Origin: Alphaproteobacteria bacterium | Lineage (GTDB): Bacteria > Pseudomonadota > Alphaproteobacteria > Sphingomonadales > Kordiimonadaceae | Length of the DNA stretch: 64,000 bases | Assembly: GCA_021774735.1 (NCBI GenBank) | Contig: JAJFIS010000041.1 | Location: forward strand, 91,844-155,843 | Direction of reading: 5' to 3' | Shown: in pieces, positions 29,166 to 39,813 of the stretch | Layout: every line of letters begins with the position of its first letter | Numbering within the stretch: the first letter of the stretch is position 1 | Translations under genes and position numbers: made by a program | Notes under the pieces: model-generated | Databases searched by the model: none | Told to the model about the DNA's origin: nothing | Seen by the model: only the letters and a program-made list of their open reading frames with translations

Positions 29166-29801
29166 TCAGCCCATGACGCCATTTGTACCCATGTGAATTT
29201 GGGCGAAATGCGCATGGGAATTATCCCACTTCATAACAATAGGGCCTTCTGTTTCCACAGTGGAACTTGCATATTCAGCTTCACGATACTCGAACCCATT
29301 GGGCAAACGGACGCTAACCGATTGCTCCTCCCCCGTTACCGCATTGGTGATGGGGTTAAATAATGCTTTTACGATATTCTTAATATTAAACTTTCCCTTG
29401 CGGGCTTTCATATTGGCTTCAAAGTCAATGTCGGCAAATATTGGCTCATGCACTTTGGTATAGGTAGTTGCAAAGACATTGAAGATAGTGGAGCCCGGTT
29501 CCGTCTCTTCCCCTGACATAATCTTCAAAATTGCTTCTTTCTGCGCATCACTAGCCCGTGCATCAACAATGGGCAAGACTTGGCCGTCCCCTTCATGCAC
29601 TGCGCCGGGCCATTTAAAGACAGCTGCAAAACGCAAGCCATCAAGGTTCGTGTCCCCGAAATGCCCTTCGTCGATTTGAATGGCAACCGCCGCTTGGCAG
29701 TCTCCGTGCGTCGGCAGGGCATTAAATTGGCACGGACAGCCCCAATCACAATTGCAGCTGCTCAGTTCAGGTCCTTTAATTTCCCAATCTACAAATGCCA
29801 T
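29166..29801 (-). CDS. DUF1326-family protein
   Basis: MAFVDWEIKGPELSSCNCDWGCPCQFNALPTHGDCQ fits the DUF1326 N-terminal Cys motif. Start is placed at the internal ATG (29799-29801) preceded by AAGAGG; the track ORF extends to 29864. Confidence 0.7.
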   Translation of the reverse strand: MAFVDWEIKGPELSSCNCDWGCPCQFNALPTHGDCQAAVAIQIDEGHFGDTNLDGLRFAAVFKWPGAVHEGDGQVLPIVDARASDAQKEAILKIMSGEETEPGSTIFNVFATTYTKVHEPIFADIDFEANMKARKGKFNIKNIVKALFNPITNAVTGEEQSVSVRLPNGFEYREAEYASSTVETEGPIVMKWDNSHAHFAQIHMGTNGVMG

Positions 29802-30022
29802 GGTTGTACCTCTTTCCTTAATTTCCCCAAAACCATCTCTCTCTATAACATGAACAAAGTTCACGGTCTTGTAAGAAATAGTTGCTCACCCACAAATATC
29901 CCGAATATATAGTAATATTATATCGATATTTCATATAAAATTGAAATTATTATTTAATATACTGTATACTCTTAACTGCTATGAATGCTAGTACTTGTCG
30001 ATGGCTATGATAGGGGAATGAA

Positions 30023-31423
30023 GTGTTAAGAGTGTTGCGTATAGTTAGATCACTGCTTCGATCGCTGCGGATAGACACTCGCGGCGCTACGGCTGTTATC
30101 TATGCTCTTTCCATCATCCCTATTCTTGGTTTTGTTGGCTTAGCCATTGATGGCGCACGGGTTTATTTGCTGCGGGATGCCCTGCAAAAGTCCCTTGATG
30201 CGGCTGCTTTGGCGTCTGGCCATGTGCTCGACACCGCCAATATTGAAGCCGACGCCCAAATGTATTTTGATAGCAATTTCGACAGCCTTGCTGCTTATGC
30301 TACTGATAAAGTTGTTACGGTCACTAAATCAGCAGACAATAATATCATTACACTTAATGGATCAGCTGCCGTTAATACCACCTTCATGGCGCTATTTGGA
30401 TTTGACAAAGTTACTGTAGCGGGCCTGACCGAAGTAACCCGTGAAACTCGCGGCCTTGAGCTAGCGATGGTGATGGACAATACCGGCTCTATGGCCTCCA
30501 ACAACAAAATGGGCGATATGAAAGCTGCAGCCACGAGCTTGCTCGACAAGTTGTACGGCGGCAAATCCTCTAGCCCACTTTTATATGTAAGCGTGGTTCC
30601 TTTTGTTGCTGTGGTAAATGCAGGCGGTGATAAAGCGAGTTGGCTAAACGCCAACTCTCAGGCACGCATCACCAATGGCGACTTTGCCTCGGTTGGCTGG
30701 AAAGGTTGCATCATGGCGCGGGGTGCACCATTTGACCAAGATGATACACCGCCTGGTGCAGCACCATTTGAAGCCTATTTATGGGACAGCGGGCAATATG
30801 GAAATAATGATTGGAGAGATAGAAGAGGAAGGCCTAATAATATCTCTCAAGGACCTTCATCTAGATCACGTAGCCCCAACAAAGGTTGTGGAGATGATGT
30901 TCATCCACTTTCCAATACCAAGGCCGATGCCCAAGCCGCCATTGATGCCATGCAACCTTGGGACAGGACCGGCACCCATATCAATCAAGGTATGGTTTGG
31001 GCATGGCGGGCAATTTCTCCCAATTGGCAAGGCCTGTGGGGTGGCCCTACGCCGCCAACAATGCCGCTTGAATATGCAAATTCCCTAATGGATAAAGCCG
31101 TTATAGTGTTAACCGATGGTGATAATACAATCTTTTCATCACAAAAAACGGCATACGGTAATAAAGATGATTTTGGCTTTGGTAATAATGGCGTTAATGA
31201 ACTTAATAATCGCATGACCAATGTCTGCGAAGCCATGAAGACCGAGAATATCATTATTTTTTCAATTACCTTTGGAAATGGCATCAGCGCAGATACCCAA
31301 TTGCTGATGGAAAGCTGTGCCACTATACCAGCATATTATTTCCATGCACCCAATGGGACCGAACTTAACGATGCTTTTGATATTATAGGCAAGCAATTAA
31401 GCAGCCTGAGGCTTTCACGGTGA
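30023..31423 (+). CDS. tadG: TadG-like pilus-assembly protein with von Willebrand A domain
   Basis: N-terminal TadE/G-like segment GATAVIYALSIIPILGFVGLAIDGARVY. vWA MIDAS-like motifs LAMVMDNTGSM and VIVLTDGDN. Confidence 0.8.
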   Translation: MLRVLRIVRSLLRSLRIDTRGATAVIYALSIIPILGFVGLAIDGARVYLLRDALQKSLDAAALASGHVLDTANIEADAQMYFDSNFDSLAAYATDKVVTVTKSADNNIITLNGSAAVNTTFMALFGFDKVTVAGLTEVTRETRGLELAMVMDNTGSMASNNKMGDMKAAATSLLDKLYGGKSSSPLLYVSVVPFVAVVNAGGDKASWLNANSQARITNGDFASVGWKGCIMARGAPFDQDDTPPGAAPFEAYLWDSGQYGNNDWRDRRGRPNNISQGPSSRSRSPNKGCGDDVHPLSNTKADAQAAIDAMQPWDRTGTHINQGMVWAWRAISPNWQGLWGGPTPPTMPLEYANSLMDKAVIVLTDGDNTIFSSQKTAYGNKDDFGFGNNGVNELNNRMTNVCEAMKTENIIIFSITFGNGISADTQLLMESCATIPAYYFHAPNGTELNDAFDIIGKQLSSLRLSR

Positions 31424-31424
31424 T

Positions 31425-31982
31425 ATGATGGCATTATTGAAAAGAAATATCAGTCGAGACCAAAGCGGTGCAACGGCAATTGAATTTGCCCTGACCTTCC
31501 CCGCTGCGCTTCTTTTGCTTATCGGCATCATGGAAATTGGTTTTTCCTTTTTTGTTGGTGCAACGGTTGAAAATGCTGTGCTTAGTGCCTCCCGCCTTGG
31601 GGTCACGGGCTATAGCGAAGAAGGGCTCAACAGGGCTGAGCAGATATTACAAGCGGTCGAAGAAGGGTCTTATGACACCATCGATATGGATAAAGTTACG
31701 CTGGACACGCTAGTTTACGAATCCTTCGATCTTATCGGTGATGAAGAACCCTATGTTGATGAAAATGAAAGTGGCTCTTATGATGATGGCGAACCCTTCA
31801 CGGATGTGAACGGTAATGGTGCTTGGGATGCTGATATAGGCGCTGCTGGTCTTGGAGACGCTGGAGATATTGTTCTTTATCGGCTGAGCTATTCCACCCG
31901 CAGCATGACCGGCATGTTTGACCCCATATTAGGTCTGATCACCCATGAAGCTGCAATTGCGGTCAGAAATGAGCCATTTTAA
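31425..31982 (+). CDS. tadE: TadE-like pseudopilin
   Basis: N-terminal GATAIEFALTFPAALLLLIGIMEIG, the TadE-family motif. Confidence 0.8.
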   Translation: MMALLKRNISRDQSGATAIEFALTFPAALLLLIGIMEIGFSFFVGATVENAVLSASRLGVTGYSEEGLNRAEQILQAVEEGSYDTIDMDKVTLDTLVYESFDLIGDEEPYVDENESGSYDDGEPFTDVNGNGAWDADIGAAGLGDAGDIVLYRLSYSTRSMTGMFDPILGLITHEAAIAVRNEPF

Positions 31983-32530
31983 TGCTAAAGAAATTGCGCC
32001 ATTTATTGAAAAATTCACGCGCCGCTGTTGCGGTGGAATTTGCCCTCATGGCACCCGTATTCATAGGCCTTTTGCTCACCACTGTGGAAACAGCATACTA
32101 TCTGATGTTACATACCAAATTACAAAGCGCCTCCATGTCTGTTGGTGACCTTATCACCCGCGACGAAACCATTTCAGAAGGCATTATTATTGATCTGTTT
32201 AACGTTGTTGACGAAATTATTGATCCCTACCAAACAGGACCTGGATCTAAGGCCATTGTCTCAGCTATAGGGGAAGTGGGTAACCAACCCCGTATTATTT
32301 GGCAGCGAGAAGGTGCGGGTACCTTAAATATTGCGGCTTCCATTGGCGGTGTTGGCGACACGGCCCAACTGCCCGACGGCTTCATCATACGCAACGGTGA
32401 AACCATCATCATCACCGAATTATATTTCACATATCAGCCTATCATAGTTCCCTTTATAGGCACCAGCCAAATCAAGAAGGTTGGTTACCACCGACCGCGC
32501 CTGAGCACCCTGCAGGAAATTCAGCCTTAA
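31982..32530 (+). CDS. TadE/TadF-like pseudopilin
   Basis: N-terminal AAVAVEFALMAPVFIGLLLTTVE. Its start overlaps the previous gene stop. Confidence 0.75.
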   Translation: MLKKLRHLLKNSRAAVAVEFALMAPVFIGLLLTTVETAYYLMLHTKLQSASMSVGDLITRDETISEGIIIDLFNVVDEIIDPYQTGPGSKAIVSAIGEVGNQPRIIWQREGAGTLNIAASIGGVGDTAQLPDGFIIRNGETIIITELYFTYQPIIVPFIGTSQIKKVGYHRPRLSTLQEIQP

Positions 32531-32532
32531 AT

Positions 32533-35142
32533 CTAATCAGCAATATTTGGCCGTAACCACCGTGTCGCCTGCTCTACCGAAACACCGCGCCTTTCTGCAA
32601 AATCCTTCAGTTGGTCCTGACCAATTTTGCCAACGCCAAAATAATGGGCATCCGGATGGCTGAAGTAAAAGCCAGAAACCGCCGCTGTCGGCACCATGGC
32701 AAAACTTTCGGTTAAGCTGATACCCGCCGCATTTTCTGCGTCTAGCAGGTCAAATAATTGGCGTTTATCACTATGGTTGGGACAAGCAGGATAGCCGGGT
32801 GCTGGCCGTATACCTCGATATTTTTCCTTAATCAGCTCCTCATTGCTGAGTTTTTCATCCCCGGCATAGCCCCAAAATTCAGTGCGTACACGCATGTGCA
32901 TATGCTCGGCAAAAGCCTCTGCCAACCGGTCAGCTAACGCCTTTAACATTATCGAGCTGTAGTCGTCATTTTGAGCTTCAAATTCAGCCAGTTTTCGCTC
33001 GATGCCAATACCTGTTGTGACCGCAAAACCGCCTAGCCAGTCATCAGTGCCTTCTCCGGCCACAAAATCAGCCAGACAGTCATTGGCACGGCCACTGCGT
33101 TTGCGCACCTGTTGGCGGAGGAAAGAAAAGCGATTATCATTGGTGCCAGTTTCCAGCACCACATCATCGCCGTCAGCAAACGCACGCCAAAAACCAACAA
33201 CGCCTTTAGCGGCTATCCATTTCTCGCTTATGATTAGCTTCAGCATATCTTGGGCATCTTTAAATAACCCGCTTGCGCTTGCACCAACAACCTTGTCTTC
33301 TAAAATGGCCGGATAGTTACCGGCAAGTTCCCATGTACGGAAAAAAGGTGTCCAGTCGATCTGATCCACTAACTTCCCCAAAGGGTAATCATCAAAGACT
33401 TTGGTGCCAGTAAAGGTTGGCTTAGGCGGTGTATAGTCACTGAAGTCGGGTTGACCATGGTTGGCACGCGCTTCCGTGATAGAAACAAGCCGGTCCGCTT
33501 TCGGGTTGGCAAGGCGCTTTGCTCGTACCTCATCATATTCAGACTTAATGCTGGCGGTGAAATCGGCAGAATTATCGTCAGACATTAATTTACTAGCCAC
33601 ACCAACGGCGCGTGAAGCATCCAGCACGTGAATAAGGGGACCATCGTACGCAGGGGCAATTTTAACCGCTGTATGCACCTTGCTTGTGGTCGCACCGCCA
33701 ATCATAAGCGGCACATCCATGTCTAAGCGCTGCATCTCTTCCGCCACCGTCACCATTTCCTCCAGTGACGGCGTGATCAAGCCCGACAGGCCGATGATAT
33801 CAGCTTGCTCAACACGCGCAGTTCGCAAAATATCAGCCCATGGCACCATGACACCGAGGTCAATAACCTCAAAATTATTACATTGCAGCACCACGCCGAC
33901 AATATTTTTGCCAATATCATGCACGTCGCCTTTAACCGTCGCCATGACGATCTTGCCCTTGCTTTTGCTGCCTTCTTTTTCGGCGTCAATAAAAGGCTCA
34001 AGATGGGCCACAGATTGTTTCATTACCCGGGCGGACTTCACCACTTGCGGCAGGAACATCTGGCCGGAGCCAAACAGATCGCCGACCACATTCATGCCGT
34101 CCATCAGCGGTCCTTCGATCACCTCAATGGGGCGGTCAGCTTCGAGGCGCGCCTCTTCAGTATCCTCAACAATAAAGGTGTTAATGCCGTTAACAAGGGC
34201 GTGTTCTAAGCGTTTGGCAACTGGGGCTTCGCGCCAAGATAGATCCTCAAGCCGTTCTTTTTTCAGGCCACGGTATGTATCGGCAACCTCTAGCAAACGA
34301 TCTGTTGCATCCGCACGGCGGTTCAAAATAACATCTTCAACCCGGTCCCGCAGGTCGGTTGGGATATCGGCATAAACGGTTAATTGCCCAGCGTTTACAA
34401 TGCCCATGTCCATACCCGCTTGAATAGCATGATATAGAAACACACTATGCATGGCTTCACGCATCGGGTCATTGCCACGGAAAGAAAAGGAGATATTTGA
34501 CACCCCACCAGACACCTTGGCGTGAGGTAAATGAGCTTTAATCAGGCGCGTAGCTTCAATAAAATCAACGCCATAAGGGTCATGCTGCTCAATGCCGGTG
34601 GCGACAGCGAATATATTCGGGTCAAAGATTATATCCTCAGGAGGAAAGCCAACCTCGTCGACTAAAATATCATAACTACGTTTGCAAATATCATATTTGC
34701 GCTGGACAGAATCTGCTTGGCCGTCCTCATCAAAGGCCATAACAACCACCGCAGCGCCGTAGCGCATCACCATTTTGGCATAGCATTTGAAATCTTCCGC
34801 ACCTTCTTTCAGGCTGATGGAGTTCACCACCGCCTTACCTTGCACGCATTTCAAGCCTGCTTCAATCACCGACCATTTGCTGCTGTCGATCATTATTGGC
34901 ACCCGGGCGATGTCGGGCTCAGCGGCAATCAGCTTCAGGAAAGTTTCCATCGCCAGTTCCGCGTCCAACATCGCATCATCCATATTGATATCGATGATCT
35001 GGGCACCATTTTCCACCTGCTGACGGGCAACCGTTAAAGCTGCGTCATAGTCATCCTGCATGATGAGCTTTTTAAAGCGAGCAGAACCGGCTACATTGGT
35101 GCGCTCACCGATATTGATAAATTGTGCAGTTGCTTGACTCAT
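32533..35142 (-). CDS. metH: Methionine synthase MetH, pterin-binding + B12-binding + AdoMet-activation domains (lacks the Hcy domain)
   Basis: 869 aa starting directly in the pterin-binding domain ([19 protein letters not shown]). The cobalamin motif DVHDIGKN is present. Confidence 0.93.
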   Translation of the reverse strand: MSQATAQFINIGERTNVAGSARFKKLIMQDDYDAALTVARQQVENGAQIIDINMDDAMLDAELAMETFLKLIAAEPDIARVPIMIDSSKWSVIEAGLKCVQGKAVVNSISLKEGAEDFKCYAKMVMRYGAAVVVMAFDEDGQADSVQRKYDICKRSYDILVDEVGFPPEDIIFDPNIFAVATGIEQHDPYGVDFIEATRLIKAHLPHAKVSGGVSNISFSFRGNDPMREAMHSVFLYHAIQAGMDMGIVNAGQLTVYADIPTDLRDRVEDVILNRRADATDRLLEVADTYRGLKKERLEDLSWREAPVAKRLEHALVNGINTFIVEDTEEARLEADRPIEVIEGPLMDGMNVVGDLFGSGQMFLPQVVKSARVMKQSVAHLEPFIDAEKEGSKSKGKIVMATVKGDVHDIGKNIVGVVLQCNNFEVIDLGVMVPWADILRTARVEQADIIGLSGLITPSLEEMVTVAEEMQRLDMDVPLMIGGATTSKVHTAVKIAPAYDGPLIHVLDASRAVGVASKLMSDDNSADFTASIKSEYDEVRAKRLANPKADRLVSITEARANHGQPDFSDYTPPKPTFTGTKVFDDYPLGKLVDQIDWTPFFRTWELAGNYPAILEDKVVGASASGLFKDAQDMLKLIISEKWIAAKGVVGFWRAFADGDDVVLETGTNDNRFSFLRQQVRKRSGRANDCLADFVAGEGTDDWLGGFAVTTGIGIERKLAEFEAQNDDYSSIMLKALADRLAEAFAEHMHMRVRTEFWGYAGDEKLSNEELIKEKYRGIRPAPGYPACPNHSDKRQLFDLLDAENAAGISLTESFAMVPTAAVSGFYFSHPDAHYFGVGKIGQDQLKDFAERRGVSVEQATRWLRPNIAD

Positions 35143-36218
35143 GACAAATCACTCCCGGCCGGAATGATAGTGATGGGATCAAGGCCTGATAGCTGCATTT
35201 TAGGGGGGAGTGTTGGAACCTGACGAGGCGACTTACCTTTTACAGCGGCGGCAATTGCTTCGATATGGTCCGGCGTTGTGCCACAGCATCCGCCTGTGAT
35301 ATTAAGCAAACCATTATCGCACCAGTCTGCCAGTTGGCCCGCCATTATGGCTGGGGTTTCATCATATTCACCCATTTCATTGGGCAGACCTGCATTGGGG
35401 TAAATACAGACAAATGTATCTGCAATTTTGGATAGCTCCACCGCGTGGGAGCGTAAATGTTCCGCTCCAAAGGCACAGTTCAAACCAATAGTGAGCGGCT
35501 TGGCGTGTTTAACCGAGTTCCAGAAAGCTTCAATGGTTTGGCCGGAAAGGTTACGGCCCGACATGTCCGTTACCGTGCAACTCAGCATGATCGGCAATTC
35601 CCTGCCAAGATCATCAAAAGCGTCTAGCGTCGCCATTATAGCGGCTTTAGCGTTCAAAGTATCAAATATTGTTTCAATAAGGATAAGATCGACCCCGCCT
35701 TCAATAAGGCTGTCCACTTGATCCCGGTAGGCCACGACCATCTGGTCAAAAGATACCTCGCGAAAGCCCGGGTTGTTAACGTCCGGCGATACGGTAAGCG
35801 TTTTATTGGTTGGCCCTATGGAACCCGCCACATACTTTTCTCCAACACCACCGCTTGCATGCCAAGCATCAATGGCTTCCCGCGCCAATTTGGCCGATGT
35901 CACATTCAGCTCCTTGGCTAAAGCTTCCATGCCATAATCACCTTGGCTAATGCTGGTGGCATTAAAGCTGTTGGTCTCAATAATGTCAGCACCAGCATCC
36001 AAGAAAGCCATGTGAATATCTTTGATCATATCGGGTTGGGTTAGTGTGAGCAGGTCATTATTACCCTTCACATCTTGACCCCAATCAACGAAGCGATCAC
36101 CCCGGTAATCATCCTCTGACGGTCTTTCCTGTTGGATCATTGTGCCCATGGCACCATCCATGACCATAATGCGTTGCGCCATTATTTCGCGCATTTTCTG
36201 TTCCACTGACTGGGTCAT
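35139..36218 (-). CDS. Homocysteine S-methyltransferase domain protein (N-terminal module of split MetH)
   Basis: 359 aa with the Hcy-binding/Zn Cys pattern ([14 protein letters not shown]). ATGA-type overlaps occur with both neighbouring genes. Confidence 0.9.
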   Translation of the reverse strand: MTQSVEQKMREIMAQRIMVMDGAMGTMIQQERPSEDDYRGDRFVDWGQDVKGNNDLLTLTQPDMIKDIHMAFLDAGADIIETNSFNATSISQGDYGMEALAKELNVTSAKLAREAIDAWHASGGVGEKYVAGSIGPTNKTLTVSPDVNNPGFREVSFDQMVVAYRDQVDSLIEGGVDLILIETIFDTLNAKAAIMATLDAFDDLGRELPIMLSCTVTDMSGRNLSGQTIEAFWNSVKHAKPLTIGLNCAFGAEHLRSHAVELSKIADTFVCIYPNAGLPNEMGEYDETPAIMAGQLADWCDNGLLNITGGCCGTTPDHIEAIAAAVKGKSPRQVPTLPPKMQLSGLDPITIIPAGSDLS

Positions 36219-37138
36219 AAGCTTGGTCCGCTATTGTTTGGGCGAATGCCTAACATATGGCATATGACATAGGTTAGTTCTTCCCGGTTGAGAGTATAAA
36301 AATGGAAATCTTTGATGCCGCCCGCGCTTAACCGTCGGCACATTTCACTAGCGACCGATGCCGCAACCAATTGCCGCGTTTGGGGGCGTCCATCAAGGCC
36401 TTCGAACATATCTGCCATCCAATTGGGTACCGATGTACCATTCATATCTGCGAAACGTAGCAGCGTTTTAAAATTAGATACCGGTAAAATGCCTGGGATG
36501 ATAGGCACATCAATGCCGTAAGACTGGCAGTGATCCAAAAAGCGAAAATAACTATCGGGCTCGAAAAAAAACTGGGTGATGGCTTGGGTGGCACCCGCAT
36601 CAATCTTGCGCTTCAAATTATCCAAATCCGCCGCTAAAGTAGCACTATCCGGATGCATTTCAGGGTAAGCTGCCACCGAAACTTCAAAGTCCCCAATATC
36701 ACGAATGCCCTTTACCAATGCTTCTGCATTTGCATAGCCCTCAGGGTGTGGCTGATACCCCATTTCAGGGTCAGCAGCATCCCCGCGCAAGGCAACAATA
36801 TGGTGCACCCCTGCTTCCTTATATTTCCAGATAATGTTATCGATCTCATCCCTGCTGGCCCCAACGCATGTTAGATGCGCCGCTGGGGCAAGGTTCGTTT
36901 CATTCAAAATTCGCTTAACCGTGCTATGGGTTCGCTCCCGTGTGGACCCACCGGCGCCATAAGTTACCGAAACAAACCGCGGGCTAAGGGTTTCAAGCTT
37001 TTGAATCGATTGCCAAAGTGTTTCTTCCATTTTGGCGGTCGTCGGCGGGAAAAACTCAAAAGAAACTCTTGCTCCCACAACTGGGCTTGCAAAAGATGGA
37101 TTTGTTAAACTATTTGATCCACTATTATGTGTCATCAC
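36215..37138 (-). CDS. metF: Methylenetetrahydrofolate reductase
   Basis: 307 aa with MetF pattern (SFEFFPP, VTYGAGGSTR, HLTC). Confidence 0.93.
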   Translation of the reverse strand: MMTHNSGSNSLTNPSFASPVVGARVSFEFFPPTTAKMEETLWQSIQKLETLSPRFVSVTYGAGGSTRERTHSTVKRILNETNLAPAAHLTCVGASRDEIDNIIWKYKEAGVHHIVALRGDAADPEMGYQPHPEGYANAEALVKGIRDIGDFEVSVAAYPEMHPDSATLAADLDNLKRKIDAGATQAITQFFFEPDSYFRFLDHCQSYGIDVPIIPGILPVSNFKTLLRFADMNGTSVPNWMADMFEGLDGRPQTRQLVAASVASEMCRRLSAGGIKDFHFYTLNREELTYVICHMLGIRPNNSGPSL

Positions 37139-37158
37139 GCACGCTTTCTACTCAAAGG

Positions 37159-38094
37159 TCAGCTTATTGGTTGTTTAACCAACCGCCATATCTTTACTGT
37201 CAATTTTTTGGCCGCCATATTAGTGGTATGAACCACTTCAAGGCCGCCGCCTTTGGCCCATTTCTGGACTTCTTTATCTGCAAACCCAAGCCTTCTGTGG
37301 GCATGCTCTTCGCGTAGAAATTCCAGCTCATGAGGGGCAAAGTCCACGACTAAAATCTGACCGCCCGTTTTTAAGGCCCTCGCCGCTTCACGCACAGCCA
37401 TCGCAGGGTCGTTCGAATAGTGCAGGACTTGATGAAAAATCACCAAATCTTGTGAGCTATTATCAACCGGCAGGTCATACATATTACCTTGTCGGGCTTG
37501 GCAGTTTGTAAGCCCCTTTGCCTCAAGATTAGCCCGCGCGACGGTTAACATTTCACGCGAGATATCTAAGCCAATCGCTCTTTTACATAACGGCGATACC
37601 AGCTCCAACATGCGGCCTGTACCTGTGCCTATATCAAGGACACCGTCGCAAGATTCGATTGATATCTGTGAAAGCAGCTCGGCTTCCACCTCAGCGTCTG
37701 GCACATAGAGCGAACGAATCTTATCCCAGTGTGGCGCATTTTCGTTAAAATAATGTGATGCTCTTGTCGCTTGCTCAGAACGAACTTGACGTAGCCGTTC
37801 AATATCTTTGGAAAAATCGGGATCTAACGGGTCCAACGATGCAATGAGGGTCTCAAGGAATGCATAGTGACGCGGACTTTCAGAAATTCGGTAAAATACC
37901 CAGGTGCCTTCTCTAAATCGGTCCAGCAAGCCTGCTTCGCATAAAAGTTTAAGATGACGCGAGACACGAGGTTGACTTTGGCGCAATATCTCAACCAGCT
38001 CACTGACCGTAAGTTCACCGTGGCCAAGCAAGCCAATAATCCGAAGCCGAGTTGCTTCCCCTGCCGCCCGCAGTGCTACCAAAATCTGATCCAA
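37159..38094 (-). CDS. sahR: ArsR-type HTH fused to a SAM-methyltransferase-like domain (SahR-like regulator)
   Basis: N-terminus RLRIIGLLGHGELTVSELVEILRQSQPRVSRHLKLL (ArsR HTH). C-terminal class-I MTase motif VLDIGTGTGRM. It is the first gene of the metF/metH operon. Confidence 0.7.
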   Translation of the reverse strand: MDQILVALRAAGEATRLRIIGLLGHGELTVSELVEILRQSQPRVSRHLKLLCEAGLLDRFREGTWVFYRISESPRHYAFLETLIASLDPLDPDFSKDIERLRQVRSEQATRASHYFNENAPHWDKIRSLYVPDAEVEAELLSQISIESCDGVLDIGTGTGRMLELVSPLCKRAIGLDISREMLTVARANLEAKGLTNCQARQGNMYDLPVDNSSQDLVIFHQVLHYSNDPAMAVREAARALKTGGQILVVDFAPHELEFLREEHAHRRLGFADKEVQKWAKGGGLEVVHTTNMAAKKLTVKIWRLVKQPIS

Positions 38095-38146
38095 GTCTAT
38101 ACCCTCCTAAGGATTGAGCTTAGTAACTGTTTTTCATTTAAAATCG

Positions 38147-38170
38147 ATATATAAAGATATACTTATATAT
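38147..38170. promoter_or_regulatory. AT-rich 24-bp near-palindrome upstream of the sahR-like gene
   Basis: ATATATAAAGATATACTTATATAT is self-complementary at 20 of 24 positions (counted by hand). It lies 53-76 nt upstream of the sahR-like start. Confidence 0.4.
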
Positions 38171-38267
38171 GTAAAGAAATATATAACGTCTTATCTGAAT
38201 TTTCCGTGATATGATATTTTTTACCTGTTTTCTTATCAGATACCCGCTATAGCTACATTTATATTTC

Positions 38268-39167
38268 GTGGAAAATTATAGCCATTGGAAAAGGTTAATA
38301 AAAGTGTCTATATCAATAATGCAGCCAAAAATTAAGGGGTATCCCATCAGAATAGCATTTACCGCACTTGTCATTTTGTTGGTATCTGCTTGCAGTGGTT
38401 CCAATGTAAATGTAGAAAATTCTTCCCGCTTCGACCAAACCATTGAAGACCCTCATGAAGGTACAAACCGGGCTATTTTTAAGTTTAACAAGGCTATCGA
38501 CAAAGTAATTTTAAAACCTCTTTCAGAAATCTACCGCTTCATTGTGCCTAAACCACTACGCATGAGCATTACAAATGTGCTCGCGAACCTTATGGAACCA
38601 TGGAACTTTACCAACGCTGTCCTGCAGGGTGAAGGCGAACGTGCCAATGTGATTTTCCAAAGATTCTTAGTCAATTCAACCGTTGGCGTTGGCGGCCTTA
38701 TTGACACTGCAAGCGAATTAGAGATCCCCAAATATACCGAAGATTTTGGCCAAACCCTTGCAACATGGGGTGTCGGTGAAGGGGTTTATCTTGTTCTCCC
38801 ATTCCTTGGTCCATCTGATAGCCGTGATGCCTTTGGTGTGACTGTAGACCTTATCGCAGATCCGGCCAATTTTGCCATTGACGCTATGAATATCAAAGGG
38901 GCGCAGCTTAGCCGTATCGGGGCCACCGTTATTGACCTTAGAACCCAAAATCGCAAAATTATCGACAGTTTGTATGAGGAGCGTGACCCGTATATTCTTG
39001 CCCGTAGCGCCTATATTCAAGCTCGCCGCAATGCCATATTAAACGGCAAAGCCCCTGAACCAGTTGAAGGTGAAGAAGACCTGTTTGATGATATTGAGGA
39101 CCTTGAAGACTTTGACGATGAAGAACCTTCTTCCCCACCCGAAAATGAAACTGACAAGGACCGATAG
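38268..39167 (+). CDS. mlaA: MlaA/VacJ family lipoprotein
   Basis: Lipobox LLVSAC, conserved DPHEGTNRAIFKFN and MlaA core, plus an acidic C-terminal tail. The real start may be ATG 38319. Confidence 0.88.
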   Translation: MENYSHWKRLIKVSISIMQPKIKGYPIRIAFTALVILLVSACSGSNVNVENSSRFDQTIEDPHEGTNRAIFKFNKAIDKVILKPLSEIYRFIVPKPLRMSITNVLANLMEPWNFTNAVLQGEGERANVIFQRFLVNSTVGVGGLIDTASELEIPKYTEDFGQTLATWGVGEGVYLVLPFLGPSDSRDAFGVTVDLIADPANFAIDAMNIKGAQLSRIGATVIDLRTQNRKIIDSLYEERDPYILARSAYIQARRNAILNGKAPEPVEGEEDLFDDIEDLEDFDDEEPSSPPENETDKDR

Positions 39168-39240
39168 ACCCGCCCAACAAGGACCATTGCTTATAACCAT
39201 CCCTATTGTTACAGTCTTCTTGATTGTAAGGGAATTACAC

Positions 39241-39810
39241 ATGACACTACTTATCACTGGGCTTGTTGTTTGGATCGCGATCCATCTTTTACCTAGCTAT
39301 TTTACGGGCATCCGCGCCAATATTATTGAGAAAAGCAGCAAACATGTCTATCTAGCTTTTGTCGCAATAACCGTTTTAAGCGGCCTTGCCATGATGATAA
39401 TGGGCTGGCGCAGTTCAGGTTTTTTCCCGCTATATGACATCCCCACTTGGGCCGCTAAAGCGACACCCATATTAGTTCTTGGCGGCTTCATCCTGTTTTT
39501 TGCCTCAGGCAGCACTAGCAATATTAAGCGTTTCATTCGTCACCCACAGCTGATGGGGGTAACGCTTTGGGCCTCTGCCCATTTAATGGCGAATGGCGAC
39601 CTGCGTTCAATAATTTTATTTGGCGGCATGTTGTTTTGGTCCATCATGATGATGATATGTTTGAACCAACGAGATGGCCCATGGGAAAAGCCCGCCCCCC
39701 AAAAAATGATCAAAGACATCATAACCGTGGCCGTAGGTGCCGCAGCTTATGTGGGAATGATACTTATCCACGAATGGCTTATCGGTGTGCCACCAACTTT
39801 AACGATGTAA
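39241..39810 (+). CDS. nnrU: NnrU family membrane protein
   Basis: RHPQLMGVTLWASAHLMANGDLRSIILFG matches the NnrU signature. Start is placed at MTLLITGLVVW; the track ORF begins at 39064. Confidence 0.8.
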   Translation: MTLLITGLVVWIAIHLLPSYFTGIRANIIEKSSKHVYLAFVAITVLSGLAMMIMGWRSSGFFPLYDIPTWAAKATPILVLGGFILFFASGSTSNIKRFIRHPQLMGVTLWASAHLMANGDLRSIILFGGMLFWSIMMMICLNQRDGPWEKPAPQKMIKDIITVAVGAAAYVGMILIHEWLIGVPPTLTM

Positions 39811-39813
39811 TCA

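Noticed and set aside
33680-34375. 231-aa plus-strand ORF and neighbouring ORFs inside metH
   Set aside because: They are antisense to the conserved B12-binding region of MetH. The Ser/Arg/Thr-rich sequence has no recognisable motifs, so it is a shadow ORF.
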